Source: Lachnospiraceae bacterium (GTDB lineage Bacteria > Bacillota > Negativicutes > Veillonellales > Dialisteraceae). From it: a stretch of 64,000 nucleotides of DNA. A model generated the notes under the pieces. That model was not told the DNA's origin, did not search any database, and saw nothing but the letters and a program-made list of their open reading frames with translations. The stretch lies in NCBI GenBank assembly GCA_963615055.1, contig CAVEFO010000001.1, positions 48,948 to 112,947 of the forward strand, in the 5' to 3' direction. Below, piece after piece: positions 50,634-60,065 of the stretch; positions within the stretch are counted from its first letter, which is position 1, and each line of letters begins with the position of its first letter. The position numbers were made by a program, and so were the translations under genes.

Positions 50634-51504
50634 CGGCTCGTTCGTAAAACATAATCTCCTCCGGCTGTCCTTCTTCCATCGCCCGAAAGACGCTGTGCAC
50701 GTAAGTCCCGATCGCTTGAGAAACCAAGACTTTTTTCCCGCCCTGCCGCACAGTGCGATTCAGCACATCGACGAGTTTTCGTTTGTGAATTTCGGTAAAT
50801 TCTTCAGCGCAAAGCACCATCGCCACACAATCGATGAGCGGACGGAAAGGCTCCATCAGATCGCTACCGAGATTGAAAGGGTTATATTGATTGTCGTGCT
50901 TAAGCCCGAGCTGGGTGAGGTAGCCGGCGGCGACGATTTCCCGATTGAAAAAGGCCAAAAGAACGGCATAACCGTAATCCAAAGCCCCATTCAATGCGCA
51001 GGGATCCCGCCTGGTAAACAGTTTCCCGCGAAGCGCATTGAAATAGACTTTTGCAGCCGGCCCTTCTCGATTGGTCTCGTCGCCCGGCAAGACATCTTGT
51101 TCATAATCGGCAAGCATGGCCGCTTCCGCCAAATGTCCCCATTCTTCCAAGACGAGACGCTGCTGACGAATTTTTTCACGAATGATGGATTGCCAGACTT
51201 GGGCCTTCCGCTCTTCTTTCCATCGAATCTGCGCGCGGATACGCCCACTGGATTCTCCGCTGCCGGTATAGGAAACGAGCTCGGAGGCCGGATTGTGCTT
51301 TTCGTTGCAAAAGATGACTTTGATTTTGCGGCGGGCGCACTCATTGAGCCAGACGCCGGTCATGGCGACGGCCGGCGTCTCCAGGATGACGGTCTGCACA
51401 TCATCCAGAAAGATTCGCTTTGTCTCTTGGCCGCGCACGACCATATAGCCCATCGCATACTCAAGCTTGGCTCTATCGGTAATAATGACCGTCCGCCAGC
51501 CCAT
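50623..51504 (-). CDS. cas1: CRISPR-associated endonuclease Cas1 (type II)
   Basis: 293 aa beginning MGWRTVIITDRAKL. Conserved acidic and His residues sit in the C-terminal domain. 1-nt TAATG overlap with the cas9 stop. Confidence 0.9.
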   Translation of the reverse strand: MGWRTVIITDRAKLEYAMGYMVVRGQETKRIFLDDVQTVILETPAVAMTGVWLNECARRKIKVIFCNEKHNPASELVSYTGSGESSGRIRAQIRWKEERKAQVWQSIIREKIRQQRLVLEEWGHLAEAAMLADYEQDVLPGDETNREGPAAKVYFNALRGKLFTRRDPCALNGALDYGYAVLLAFFNREIVAAGYLTQLGLKHDNQYNPFNLGSDLMEPFRPLIDCVAMVLCAEEFTEIHKRKLVDVLNRTVRQGGKKVLVSQAIGTYVHSVFRAMEEGQPEEIMFYERADEW

Positions 51505-52316
51505 TATTCATCTCCTTTCCAAAGCGGAATTTTCTTTTCAAAGAATCCCGTAACAGATTGGGTAATCAGCGAGATGTTTGAATCCTTTTTTATTTGATAA
51601 GAAATGCTAAATTTCCCGGCTTCTTTAGGCCCATTGAAGATTTCTAGGTTAGCGGTTGTAGCATTACATTGGAAAAGATGCAAAATTTCCTCTATCATGC
51701 GACATTTTTCGTCTAATGACATTTCAGAAAATAACGCTTTCCCCTCCTGCAAGATATCTGCTATCGGTAAAAATCTCTTGCTATAGATCGTTTCCGCTAA
51801 CTTCGCGATAAAAGCATCATAAAGTTGCAAAGCCATTTCGGTCGTGATTCCATCACTCTCTGGTTTTGATAATATTTTAGCTTTTCTTTGTCTGTCATTG
51901 TATTCCAGAATCTTTTTTAAAATTCTCGCATCCATATCAGACAAACAAAGTTGTATAGCATGCCTGATGCCCACGTTTTCCTTACTCTCTTTTTTAGCAA
52001 GATAGGCAGGAAATCCATCTATACTAAGTAAGGACTGTTTTGGGATCACGGGAAGCACGAGGGCACTTACTTTTAGCGGAACTTTTCTTTGGGATAATTT
52101 GTTTTTGAAATAATCCAATTTAGCCTCACTTGTTTCCAGCCGCGCTGACAAATGAAGTGGCACCGCATCTAAACGAAATCCCTCCTTCCCTTTTTTATCC
52201 ACTGTTTTAAGCAATACAAAATATGCAATTTTAGCACCATTATATCCGCCATATTTAGAAATATCGGACAATGGGCCGTTAGCTCTAAGTGACACCTGCC
52301 CTTCTCCCTTCCTCAA
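51504..52316 (-). CDS. cas9: Cas9 C-terminal (PAM-interacting domain) fragment
   Basis: In the same frame as 52323-55655, separated from it only by TAG plus two codons. Contains KYGGYNGAKIAYFVLL and a C-terminal ITQSVTGFFEKKIPL, which parallel SpCas9 KYGGFDSPTVAYSVLV and IHQSITGLYETRIDL. No ATG or Shine-Dalgarno of its own. Confidence 0.85.
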   Translation of the reverse strand: MRKGEGQVSLRANGPLSDISKYGGYNGAKIAYFVLLKTVDKKGKEGFRLDAVPLHLSARLETSEAKLDYFKNKLSQRKVPLKVSALVLPVIPKQSLLSIDGFPAYLAKKESKENVGIRHAIQLCLSDMDARILKKILEYNDRQRKAKILSKPESDGITTEMALQLYDAFIAKLAETIYSKRFLPIADILQEGKALFSEMSLDEKCRMIEEILHLFQCNATTANLEIFNGPKEAGKFSISYQIKKDSNISLITQSVTGFFEKKIPLWKGDE

Positions 52317-52322
52317 TGGATT

Positions 52323-55300
52323 CTATTTAAACAGTTCCCCTTTCTCGACAAAGCACTTTCTCGTGAAAAGGATATTGTTTCTTTTCATCCATTTCCGGAC
52401 GGTCGCCATTGTCCCGCCTTCTCCGGGTGTCCATGCCACTTTCCCGCTGCGCTCCACGGCGTATCGGTAGAAGGATTCCGGATGCAGGCTGTAGACCGCA
52501 TTCTTTTCTTTCAAGAAATTGACCGGATTGGCTGTGAATTTCGTATGGAAGACGTTTCCCACGACGATATTCAGATACGCATCCTTGGCGTGATGATAGT
52601 CATTCAAATCACGCACTTTGATGAAACCGGCGTAATGACGGAATTCGGATGCATTTTTCGCTTTGGTATAAACAATCGTCGTGTCCGAGTACGCCTTTTT
52701 CAAAATCTCGGCGCACGCCTTAGTGCTCTGCCGCGTCTCCACCAACTGCCGACCGATGAAAGCCGCTTTTTCCTCTTCCGTAATCCCGGAGCGCCGCGTG
52801 AGACGATGGTATTTTTCTTTTGTGATGAGATTTTTCTCCAAGAGCAGCCGCCAGAAAGCGCCCATTTCTTTTTGAATGTCGTTAATGGCGATGCCAAGCG
52901 CCGGATTTTTGTACCCATTGAGCGCTGCGCCTAGAGGATACCGATCCTTCTTTTGCGCGTTGACCTGCTTCTCTACAAGTACACGATTATTGAGACTGTC
53001 ATCCCCGGTGACGGATTGCGGATAGATGTGATCGATGTCATAACGATTCACATCAAAGAGGTCTCGGATGTCAATCGGTTTCCCCGTGTACGCCGACCTT
53101 CCCATTTGTGTGTAATACAGATACAGTTTATCTCTGCGAAGGGCGGACTCTTCACATTTTTGCAAATCTTCCGCAAGTTTTTCCGCGTCCACATGAAAGG
53201 CCGCCGCTTCTTTTTTACAGTTTTTATACAGCTCTTCCAGACGCGCTTTTCTTGAAACGGTCTTCTTCCCTTTTTCTTCCGGACCTTTCGCCATTTCAAT
53301 GAAAATCTTGGCCGGTGCTTTTCCCAGAATGGATGTAATTTCTCGGATAATCTTCAATGTCTGCCACAGAGGACGACGAACCGCCGGTGAGATGTACATG
53401 TTTTCAAGTGTCTCATACGTCAATTTCTCGCCGCCGATCAAATCTTCGTTTTCTTTCTCAATGGTCTTCGCATACCCGTAATCGCTGCTCAAAAGCTGCA
53501 TGAGATTACAATCGGTCTTTTCAAGCGCCGTGATGATATTCATGACTTCGCCCGTTTCCGTATCGCTTGGATTTCCGTCCGCCGGCAAAATCTCCGTCAA
53601 AAGCTTCTTTGACAATCTCCCCCACGATCCCGAAGGCAATTTGACGATGTCTTTGATTTGCCCGTCCGTCAGATTCGGAAACGCACTTTTCAATCTCTTT
53701 TTCAAAAGATTCGGTGCCCCGCCGAATAGATTTACATCCAGCAAAATCCGCTCGGCCATTTGGAGATCAAAACCTTCTCCTAAAACCCGATTCATATCAA
53801 TCCAAGGGGCTAAGCTTGCATTGAATTTGTCATCCATGCCGCTGATTTGCTCCGCTTCTTCTTTCGGGATTCCTTCTTTTTCTTGCAGATATTTCGCCAA
53901 TTTCCCTTTGGTGACATTTTTCATCCCCTTGAAAAGATTTTCATACACCCGCATTTTCAGCCCCGGCTTGGCGGCATCCAATTTCAATTCCCCACTTCCG
54001 ATCCGGACATTGTTCAACTCGTTCAAAACGGCATACTTGGCATACAGCAATGAATTCTTCGGCAACACATCCTCTCCGAGCAGATACGTACACTTGCCCG
54101 TCATCCGACGAATAAAGCCTTCTGCTGATTCTTCCTCATTCACCATCTCCGAAAAAATCCACGGCAAAATGCGCCCGTCTTTTTGACGGACGGCCCATGC
54201 CTTTCCGAGTCCCTTCGCGTGCGGATTCGTAGGTCCCACATAATACGGCACACGAAATTCCAAAATTTGTTCAATCTTATCCGCGACCGTCCCGTAATCG
54301 TCCCGCTCCTGCAAAAACGGCAAATACGCTTTCGCTTTTCCCAAAATGACCAGCATTTCCACTTTGTGCAGCTGATACGGAATGACCCCATTGTCGGACG
54401 TCACGGCTTTAGGTAAAAAAGCCCCCAAATCCATTTCTTGCAAAACATAATTTTTATCGGCCGAATCCGGCAATTTTTCCAATTTCTTCTTGATTTCTTT
54501 ATAAAAATCTTCCATCGATACCGATTTTTCTATCGGTAATTTCTCTTTCTTTCCGGTCGTCGCATGCTTCACATACGCCGCGTAGCTTGTTTTCCCCGTG
54601 CTTTTGAAAATTTCATCATACGCCGCGCGATCCTGTTTCAGCACGGTCTTCAATAATTTCAAATCCTTTTTATGCTTTTCGTAAACCGCCACCTTAGCTT
54701 CGGATAGGAACCGACTGTTTCCCAAAAGCTCGACCAACCGGGACCAATCATAGAGCGCTTTGCACACCGCGATCAAGCCGTAGCGCTCCTCGGAAAGACC
54801 GCTTTTCAGCTGTATGTCTCTCTCCTCAAAGGTCGCCGATGAAAAAGAAATCTTATTGTACTCCGCTTCTTTCAATTCTTCATCCGAAAAAAGTTCATCC
54901 GCTTTCCCTTCCAAGCCGCAAAGTAAATTCGCTACCGCTTTGATTTGATTCTTTTGTTCTTTCTCCCCACTCGCCAAAAGTGTTTGCAGCTGTTTAGACT
55001 TATCTTTCCTCGATTTGCTTTTATCGGAAAGAAGCGCCTTCATTTCCGGCTGCTTTTCCGCTGCGATAGCAATCTCTGTCACATCTTCCATCGCATCCGC
55101 AAAATGTCCGAAACACTCCTCAAAGCCGGAAATCCCGGCAGCACCCACTTCAAAATCCTGATACAAAAAATGCCCGCGATTTTTGATCATGTGATGCAAC
55201 GCCAAGTAAACCAGCCGCACATCAAACAGCTTGTCACTCTTCATTAAATCGTTGCGCAAATGATAAATCGTCGGGTATTTCTTATGATAGGCTTTATCAT

Positions 55301-55655
55301 CAAAATCCGGATCGTTAAAAAGGCTGTTCGCCTGCGCGGTAGATTTATCTTCTTCATACAGCCGACTCTCTTTCAGCCGCAGGAAAAATCCGGGGTCGAC
55401 TTTATAAATTTCTTGGGCAAACAGTTCCTGGAGCAATGCAATTCGTCTCTTCCGTCTTTCGACCCGGCGGCGCGCAATCCGAAGAAGTCGCCGCCCTTCC
55501 GCCGTCTTCGCTTCATCAAAAAGCCGAACCCCCCAGAGTGCCTTTCCGTTTCTTTTAATAATTTCATACTGCTCATCCGCCACAGCCCAGCCGACTGAGC
55601 TCGTCCCCATGTCCAGCCCGATGTAGTAATCTTTCGTCCATTCTTTCTTCGTCAT
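52323..55655 (-). CDS. cas9: Cas9 (type II-A) RuvC/REC/HNH body, ended by an in-frame TAG
   Basis: Start at MTKKEWTKDYYIGLDMGTSSVGWAV with a GGAAGGAG Shine-Dalgarno. RuvC-I Asp, HNH (DIDHIYPQS..NRVL) and RuvC-III (DYHHAKDAYL) are all intact. Stops at the TAG at 52323-52325. Confidence 0.9.
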   Translation of the reverse strand: MTKKEWTKDYYIGLDMGTSSVGWAVADEQYEIIKRNGKALWGVRLFDEAKTAEGRRLLRIARRRVERRKRRIALLQELFAQEIYKVDPGFFLRLKESRLYEEDKSTAQANSLFNDPDFDDKAYHKKYPTIYHLRNDLMKSDKLFDVRLVYLALHHMIKNRGHFLYQDFEVGAAGISGFEECFGHFADAMEDVTEIAIAAEKQPEMKALLSDKSKSRKDKSKQLQTLLASGEKEQKNQIKAVANLLCGLEGKADELFSDEELKEAEYNKISFSSATFEERDIQLKSGLSEERYGLIAVCKALYDWSRLVELLGNSRFLSEAKVAVYEKHKKDLKLLKTVLKQDRAAYDEIFKSTGKTSYAAYVKHATTGKKEKLPIEKSVSMEDFYKEIKKKLEKLPDSADKNYVLQEMDLGAFLPKAVTSDNGVIPYQLHKVEMLVILGKAKAYLPFLQERDDYGTVADKIEQILEFRVPYYVGPTNPHAKGLGKAWAVRQKDGRILPWIFSEMVNEEESAEGFIRRMTGKCTYLLGEDVLPKNSLLYAKYAVLNELNNVRIGSGELKLDAAKPGLKMRVYENLFKGMKNVTKGKLAKYLQEKEGIPKEEAEQISGMDDKFNASLAPWIDMNRVLGEGFDLQMAERILLDVNLFGGAPNLLKKRLKSAFPNLTDGQIKDIVKLPSGSWGRLSKKLLTEILPADGNPSDTETGEVMNIITALEKTDCNLMQLLSSDYGYAKTIEKENEDLIGGEKLTYETLENMYISPAVRRPLWQTLKIIREITSILGKAPAKIFIEMAKGPEEKGKKTVSRKARLEELYKNCKKEAAAFHVDAEKLAEDLQKCEESALRRDKLYLYYTQMGRSAYTGKPIDIRDLFDVNRYDIDHIYPQSVTGDDSLNNRVLVEKQVNAQKKDRYPLGAALNGYKNPALGIAINDIQKEMGAFWRLLLEKNLITKEKYHRLTRRSGITEEEKAAFIGRQLVETRQSTKACAEILKKAYSDTTIVYTKAKNASEFRHYAGFIKVRDLNDYHHAKDAYLNIVVGNVFHTKFTANPVNFLKEKNAVYSLHPESFYRYAVERSGKVAWTPGEGGTMATVRKWMKRNNILFTRKCFVEKGELFK

Positions 55656-55657
55656 GA

Positions 55658-55685
55658 TTGACACTCCTTCCGTTTTGTGTATAAT
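55658..55685 (+). promoter_or_regulatory. consensus promoter of the tracrRNA
   Basis: TTGACA (55658-55663), 16 nt, TATAAT (55680-55685). The -35 lies 3 nt from the cas9 ATG, and the spacer covers the cas9 Shine-Dalgarno on the opposite strand. Confidence 0.6.
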
Positions 55686-55691
55686 ACACAT

Positions 55692-55803
55692 ATCAGGATT
55701 TACCACTCCTGAAATTACATCACAAGTTCAAATAAAGATTTATCCAAATCGTCGCGCAAGCGACCCCACAGTGTGTGGACTAAACTCCTTCGGGAGTTTT
55801 TTT
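55692..55803 (+). ncRNA. tracrRNA
   Basis: Anti-repeat at 55697-55733, with 10/11 and 10/10 identical blocks to the repeat complement. An AAGTTCAAATAAAG nexus-like segment follows. Then hairpins GTCGC-GCAA-GCGAC and CCACA-GTG-TGTGG, and terminator AAACTCC-TTCG-GGAGTTT followed by T7. Confidence 0.8.
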
Positions 55804-56087
55804 ATTGCTCATTTTCTCCCTTCTTGACCGGTACCCAATACCAATACAAAAAGCGCAATTCCCTCCCTACTTATCTTATCATAATCAGGGGGAATATCTG
55901 CGCCTGTCCCTTATAGAATATTTTTATTGCTGCGTAAAAACAAAATTGACCGGTAAGAGTTTTCGTTGATTCGTACTTTTCTTTCGCGGCGTTCTCGCCA
56001 TGAAACTTTCTGCAATCGGAGCGGAAGGCTAATTTGTAACAACCTTCGATAAAAACTTTTTTCTCACATTGCGCCCGCCTTCCGTTC

Positions 56088-58220
56088 TCAATTTTTTCCC
56101 ATCCTCATCCTAAGCGCATTCAGGACGACGGAAACTGAGCTACAGGCCATAGCCGCGCCGGCGAGCATCGGGGAGAGGATGCCAAAGGCGGCGAGGGGGA
56201 TGCCGATGACATTGTAGATGAGGGCCCAGAAGAAATTTTCGCGGATGGTTTTGAGCGTACGGCGGCTGATACGAATGGCTTCGGCGGCGGCGCAAAGATC
56301 GGCGCGAAGGAGGACGACACCCGCCGTTTCCACGGCCGCATCGGTGCCGCTGCCCATAGCAATTCCGACGTCAGCGGCAGCGAGCGCCGGCGCATCATTG
56401 ATACCGTCGCCCACCATCGCGACGGGGCCGTTTTCTTTTTGCAATTCCCGGACGATTTCCGCTTTTTCCTGCGGCAGGACACCGGCGCGGACGTGAGAAA
56501 TGCCGGCAAGGCGCGCGATATAGTCGGCCGTCTTCGGATGATCACCCGTGACGAGCCACGGCGTGATACCCTGTCGGCTTAATTCGGCCATCATTTCCGG
56601 CGCTTCGTCGCGGATTGTATCACTCACGCCAAAAACGGCCGGTACCTTCCCCTCTTCGGCCAAAAAGGAAACGGAGGCGCCTTCTTCTTCCCACGTCGCT
56701 GTCCCCCCATCGGGAATCGTCACTCCTTCTTCCGTCAAGAAACGTTCATTTCCGCAAAGAATTCGTTTCCCGTCACACAGGGCTTTCATGCCGCGGCCGG
56801 GAAGCGTTTCTACGGACTCGACGGAAACCGGCGCGGCATCTTTCGCGTATCGGCAAAGTGCCGCCGCAATCGGATGGGAAGAATTCTTTTCCAATGCAAG
56901 CAATAGGGAAAGTGCGCGGGATTTCCCGTTTCCGAAAAAATGCACGTGTGTGACGGAGAGTGCGCCTTGCGTGATCGTCCCCGTCTTATCAAAAATGAGC
57001 GTGCGGACGGCGGCGAGGCGTTCCAAATCGGAGGCCGCACGGAAAAGGATGCCTTTTTTCGCGGCAATGCCGGAGCCGACCATGACGGCCGTCGGCGTCG
57101 CGAGACCCAGCGCGCACGGGCAGGCAATGACGAGGACGGCCGTCCCGTGCATGAGTGCCGCCTCCGTGTTTCCCGAAAGGATGAACCAGACGAGACCCGT
57201 GGCGGCGGCGATGGCGATCACGATCGGCACGAAGACGCCGGCGACGCGATCGGCGAAACGCTGTACGGGCGCTTTCGAGCTCTGAGCCGCTTCGACGGTC
57301 GCGATGATCGTCCCGAGGACGGACTCTTTGCCGACGCGCTCGGCCCGCATTTGAAACGTACCGGTCACATTCACCGTGGCACCGATGACAGCATCCCCCG
57401 CGCGTTTTTCGACGGGAAGGCTTTCGCCCGTCACCATCGATTCATCGACGGTCGCCCGCCCCTCCGTCACGGTGCCGTCCGCCGGAATGCGATCGCCGGC
57501 GCGGACGAGCAGGAGATCTCCGACCAAAATGGTTTTCGCCGGTCTCTCGACAAATTCATGTCCGTCCCAGACGAGCGCTGTCTGCGGGGAGAGTTTCAAC
57601 AGTTCGCGAATGGCCGAACCGGTCCGCCGTTTCGCCGCGCCTTCGAGCCATTTCCCGAAAAGAATGAAGAAAATGAGCCCCGCCGATGTCTCGAAATAGA
57701 GATGCGGCACGCCCTGCGCCATCATCCAAAGGCTGTAGAAAAACGCGACGGAGGTGCCGAGCGCGACGAGGACATCCATCGTAAGCGCGCCGCTCCGCAT
57801 GGCAAAAAACGCACCGCGGTAGAAAAGCATCCCCGGCCCAAACTGCGCCGCCGCGGCCAAGAGGCATTGCCAAAGAGCAGGCATTGGTGGAAACGCGCCT
57901 GTCATATCGCCGACCATGCCAATCATCATCGGTGCCCACAGCAGCCCGGCGATGATCAGCAAGAGCCGACGTTTCCTCTCTTCCCGTCGCTCCGCTTCCT
58001 CGGGATCGACAGCCTCCGACGCACTGAATCCCAATTTCTCTATCCGAGAAATCAGTGCGGCCTTGCTGATTTTTTTCTCATCACACAAAAATTCCCCGCG
58101 CCCGGTGATGAGATTCACGGACGCTGCGGAAACGCCGTCCATTTTCGACGTGACTTTCTCGATCCGCGAAACGCACGCGGCGCAATGCATACCGGATATA
58201 GTCAAAAGAATCTTTTGCAT
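56088..58220 (-). CDS. copA: copper-translocating P-type ATPase
   Basis: Start at [21 protein letters not shown], which is the CxxC metal-binding domain. Also has the CPC transmembrane motif, the DKTGT phosphorylation site and GDGINDAP. Confidence 0.9.
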   Translation of the reverse strand: MQKILLTISGMHCAACVSRIEKVTSKMDGVSAASVNLITGRGEFLCDEKKISKAALISRIEKLGFSASEAVDPEEAERREERKRRLLLIIAGLLWAPMMIGMVGDMTGAFPPMPALWQCLLAAAAQFGPGMLFYRGAFFAMRSGALTMDVLVALGTSVAFFYSLWMMAQGVPHLYFETSAGLIFFILFGKWLEGAAKRRTGSAIRELLKLSPQTALVWDGHEFVERPAKTILVGDLLLVRAGDRIPADGTVTEGRATVDESMVTGESLPVEKRAGDAVIGATVNVTGTFQMRAERVGKESVLGTIIATVEAAQSSKAPVQRFADRVAGVFVPIVIAIAAATGLVWFILSGNTEAALMHGTAVLVIACPCALGLATPTAVMVGSGIAAKKGILFRAASDLERLAAVRTLIFDKTGTITQGALSVTHVHFFGNGKSRALSLLLALEKNSSHPIAAALCRYAKDAAPVSVESVETLPGRGMKALCDGKRILCGNERFLTEEGVTIPDGGTATWEEEGASVSFLAEEGKVPAVFGVSDTIRDEAPEMMAELSRQGITPWLVTGDHPKTADYIARLAGISHVRAGVLPQEKAEIVRELQKENGPVAMVGDGINDAPALAAADVGIAMGSGTDAAVETAGVVLLRADLCAAAEAIRISRRTLKTIRENFFWALIYNVIGIPLAAFGILSPMLAGAAMACSSVSVVLNALRMRMGKN

Positions 58221-58381
58221 GTTGTCTCCTTGTGATGTGATTGGCTCTATGTGCACACCGGTCAAGACACCGGACGTCTCGACCGCTATGTGCTTCCAAG
58301 GTCGAGCACACGCTCCAAGCGCCCGGCATCTTGCGTCTGATAACAAAAGCCGACCGCCTCCCCCTCTCATTTCTTTTCTCA

Positions 58382-58410
58382 AGCATAAGAATAAAATCGA
58401 ATTTTGTCAA
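58382..58410 (-). promoter_or_regulatory. candidate copA promoter
   Basis: On the minus strand: TTGACA, 17 nt, TATGCT. Predicts a leader of about 155 nt. Confidence 0.4.
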
Positions 58411-58570
58411 TATTGGAATTCATTCGCAAATTCGGACAACAAAAAAGCGACCATCGGCCGCATTTTAAAATATGGGGCGGTAGGCGGCACCTCTAAAATC
58501 TGACGCCTAATCGTCTGCTGTCTGACGTCTCGACCACAATGAAACCCGCGCCCGTCTCCAAGCTCTTCCC

Positions 58571-59644
58571 TCAAAATTCATACAAAAGCGCTTCCGGCTC
58601 ACGATTCGGATCGTGAAACGGGATGACGGTCTTGAAATTGTTTTTCGCCGCGAGATCCTTCATTTCTCCGTACGTCTGATGGTTCGGCCAGAGGACTTGC
58701 GTCGCGCGTCCGCTTTCCAGATACTCTTTCGCGCGGCCGTATCCGTGCGCCGAGCCGGTCAGGAGGAGCGCCGCGTCCGGATATTTCGCCAAAAGAGCGC
58801 GGGACGTCGGATGGGTGAGCTGCGCGTCGGCCAAAAGATAAATATGGCCGGGCTCCACCGTGTCCCCCTTCCATTCCTTGACGGCATCTGTCGGTATCTC
58901 CAAGACGTCGGGATTCACGAAATACGGACGGCGGCAGAATTTTGCCCATTCTTTGTACAATGTCGGCGCCAAATGCACGGGGTGCGCCGCACCGAATGTT
59001 TCCCAAAGGAGCATTGCCATCGGAAGACCGCGCCCAAAATGAGGGGCCGGCAGCAGCATCGCCGCGCCCGTCCCTGCGATTTCCTTTGCCGCTGCCACAA
59101 AACGCGCGCGCATGGCATCGCCCGTTTCCTCCGTCGGATATGCCGCGTCGATGACGGCAATCTCGGCCGATAAATCGCGCACGGGATCGTTTCTGTAAAA
59201 AGGATCGCCCTCGCGGTAGTCACCGCTGAAAAAAGCCGTCTTGCCCTCGCAAGTAATCGCATACCAGACGGCGCCGCAACAATGGCCGCTCCGCCCCCAG
59301 CGCAATGTGAAATCAGGCAAAAGCTCGACTTCCGGCGCCGTCGAATCCAGAATGGTCGCGTTCTTCGGCTTGTGGTGAAGCTGTCGATACGTCTGCGCAC
59401 TCATCAGGACCGTCGCCTCCGCGCCCATTTCCTCCAAATATTCAAGCGCGCCGGTATGGTCGCGATGCGAATGTGTCAGAAAAATATATTCGGCGCTGCG
59501 AATTTCTTCCGCCGTCAGATCCGGCACGCGGTCGAGGCCATCCGTCGAGGTGCCGCAATCGACGATGTACGTGTGCTGCGCCCCGGAAACAAAAAAACAG
59601 CTACGCCCCTCTCCGCCGCAGCCGCCTGCAATACTGAGTCTCAT
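58571..59644 (-). CDS. MBL-fold metallo-hydrolase
   Basis: Start at MRLSIAGG. Contains the HxHxDH motif (THSHRDHTGA). Confidence 0.75.
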   Translation of the reverse strand: MRLSIAGGCGGEGRSCFFVSGAQHTYIVDCGTSTDGLDRVPDLTAEEIRSAEYIFLTHSHRDHTGALEYLEEMGAEATVLMSAQTYRQLHHKPKNATILDSTAPEVELLPDFTLRWGRSGHCCGAVWYAITCEGKTAFFSGDYREGDPFYRNDPVRDLSAEIAVIDAAYPTEETGDAMRARFVAAAKEIAGTGAAMLLPAPHFGRGLPMAMLLWETFGAAHPVHLAPTLYKEWAKFCRRPYFVNPDVLEIPTDAVKEWKGDTVEPGHIYLLADAQLTHPTSRALLAKYPDAALLLTGSAHGYGRAKEYLESGRATQVLWPNHQTYGEMKDLAAKNNFKTVIPFHDPNREPEALLYEF

Positions 59645-59669
59645 GGTCATCTCCGTCGATGCAAATATA

Positions 59670-59718
59670 GAAAACGCCGATGAAACCGAAAATCCCCTTT
59701 CGATTTCATCGGCGTTTC
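59670..59718 (-). terminator. leader terminator/attenuator hairpin upstream of the MBL-fold gene
   Basis: 14-bp stem (AAACGCCGATGAAA/TTTCATCGGCGTTT) followed on the minus strand by TTTTCTATATTT. Ends 25 nt before the ATG. Confidence 0.5.
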
Positions 59719-59785
59719 TCAAAGGAAACGGTGAGATCCTCCCCGTTTCCTTTATCGATACTTCCTTGTACGTTCTATTTCCTTC

Positions 59786-59814
59786 TTTATACCATATTTA
59801 TCCGTTTTTGACAA
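59786..59814 (-). promoter_or_regulatory. candidate promoter of the MBL-fold gene leader
   Basis: On the minus strand: TTGTCA, 17 nt, TATAAA. Confidence 0.45.
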
Positions 59815-60030
59815 TGCATTATCCGCCGTCCGTGACCCGTGAACCGTTATCCGTTCGTGAAACTCTTTGGTTGAAAAGGTCGGATAACCGCAATCAAGCC
59901 TTTTTACGCCATCTCCCCAATGCCAAACTTGGAAGAGATCGAAAAAGCCAAAAATGCAATTCATCAAGCCCCGTCAAGCTTTCCTCTCGATGTAACGCAC
60001 GGTCAACGGAAATCGGCAAACGGATCACTC

Positions 60031-60065
60031 CTGCACTGCTCACTGCTCACTGTTTACTCTGCCAC
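60031..60065. repeat. heptamer tract at the LarA-like 3' end
   Basis: CTGCACT GCTCACT GCTCACT GTTTACT CTGCCAC. It supplies the last codons and the TAA stop of the LarA-like gene. Confidence 0.6.
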
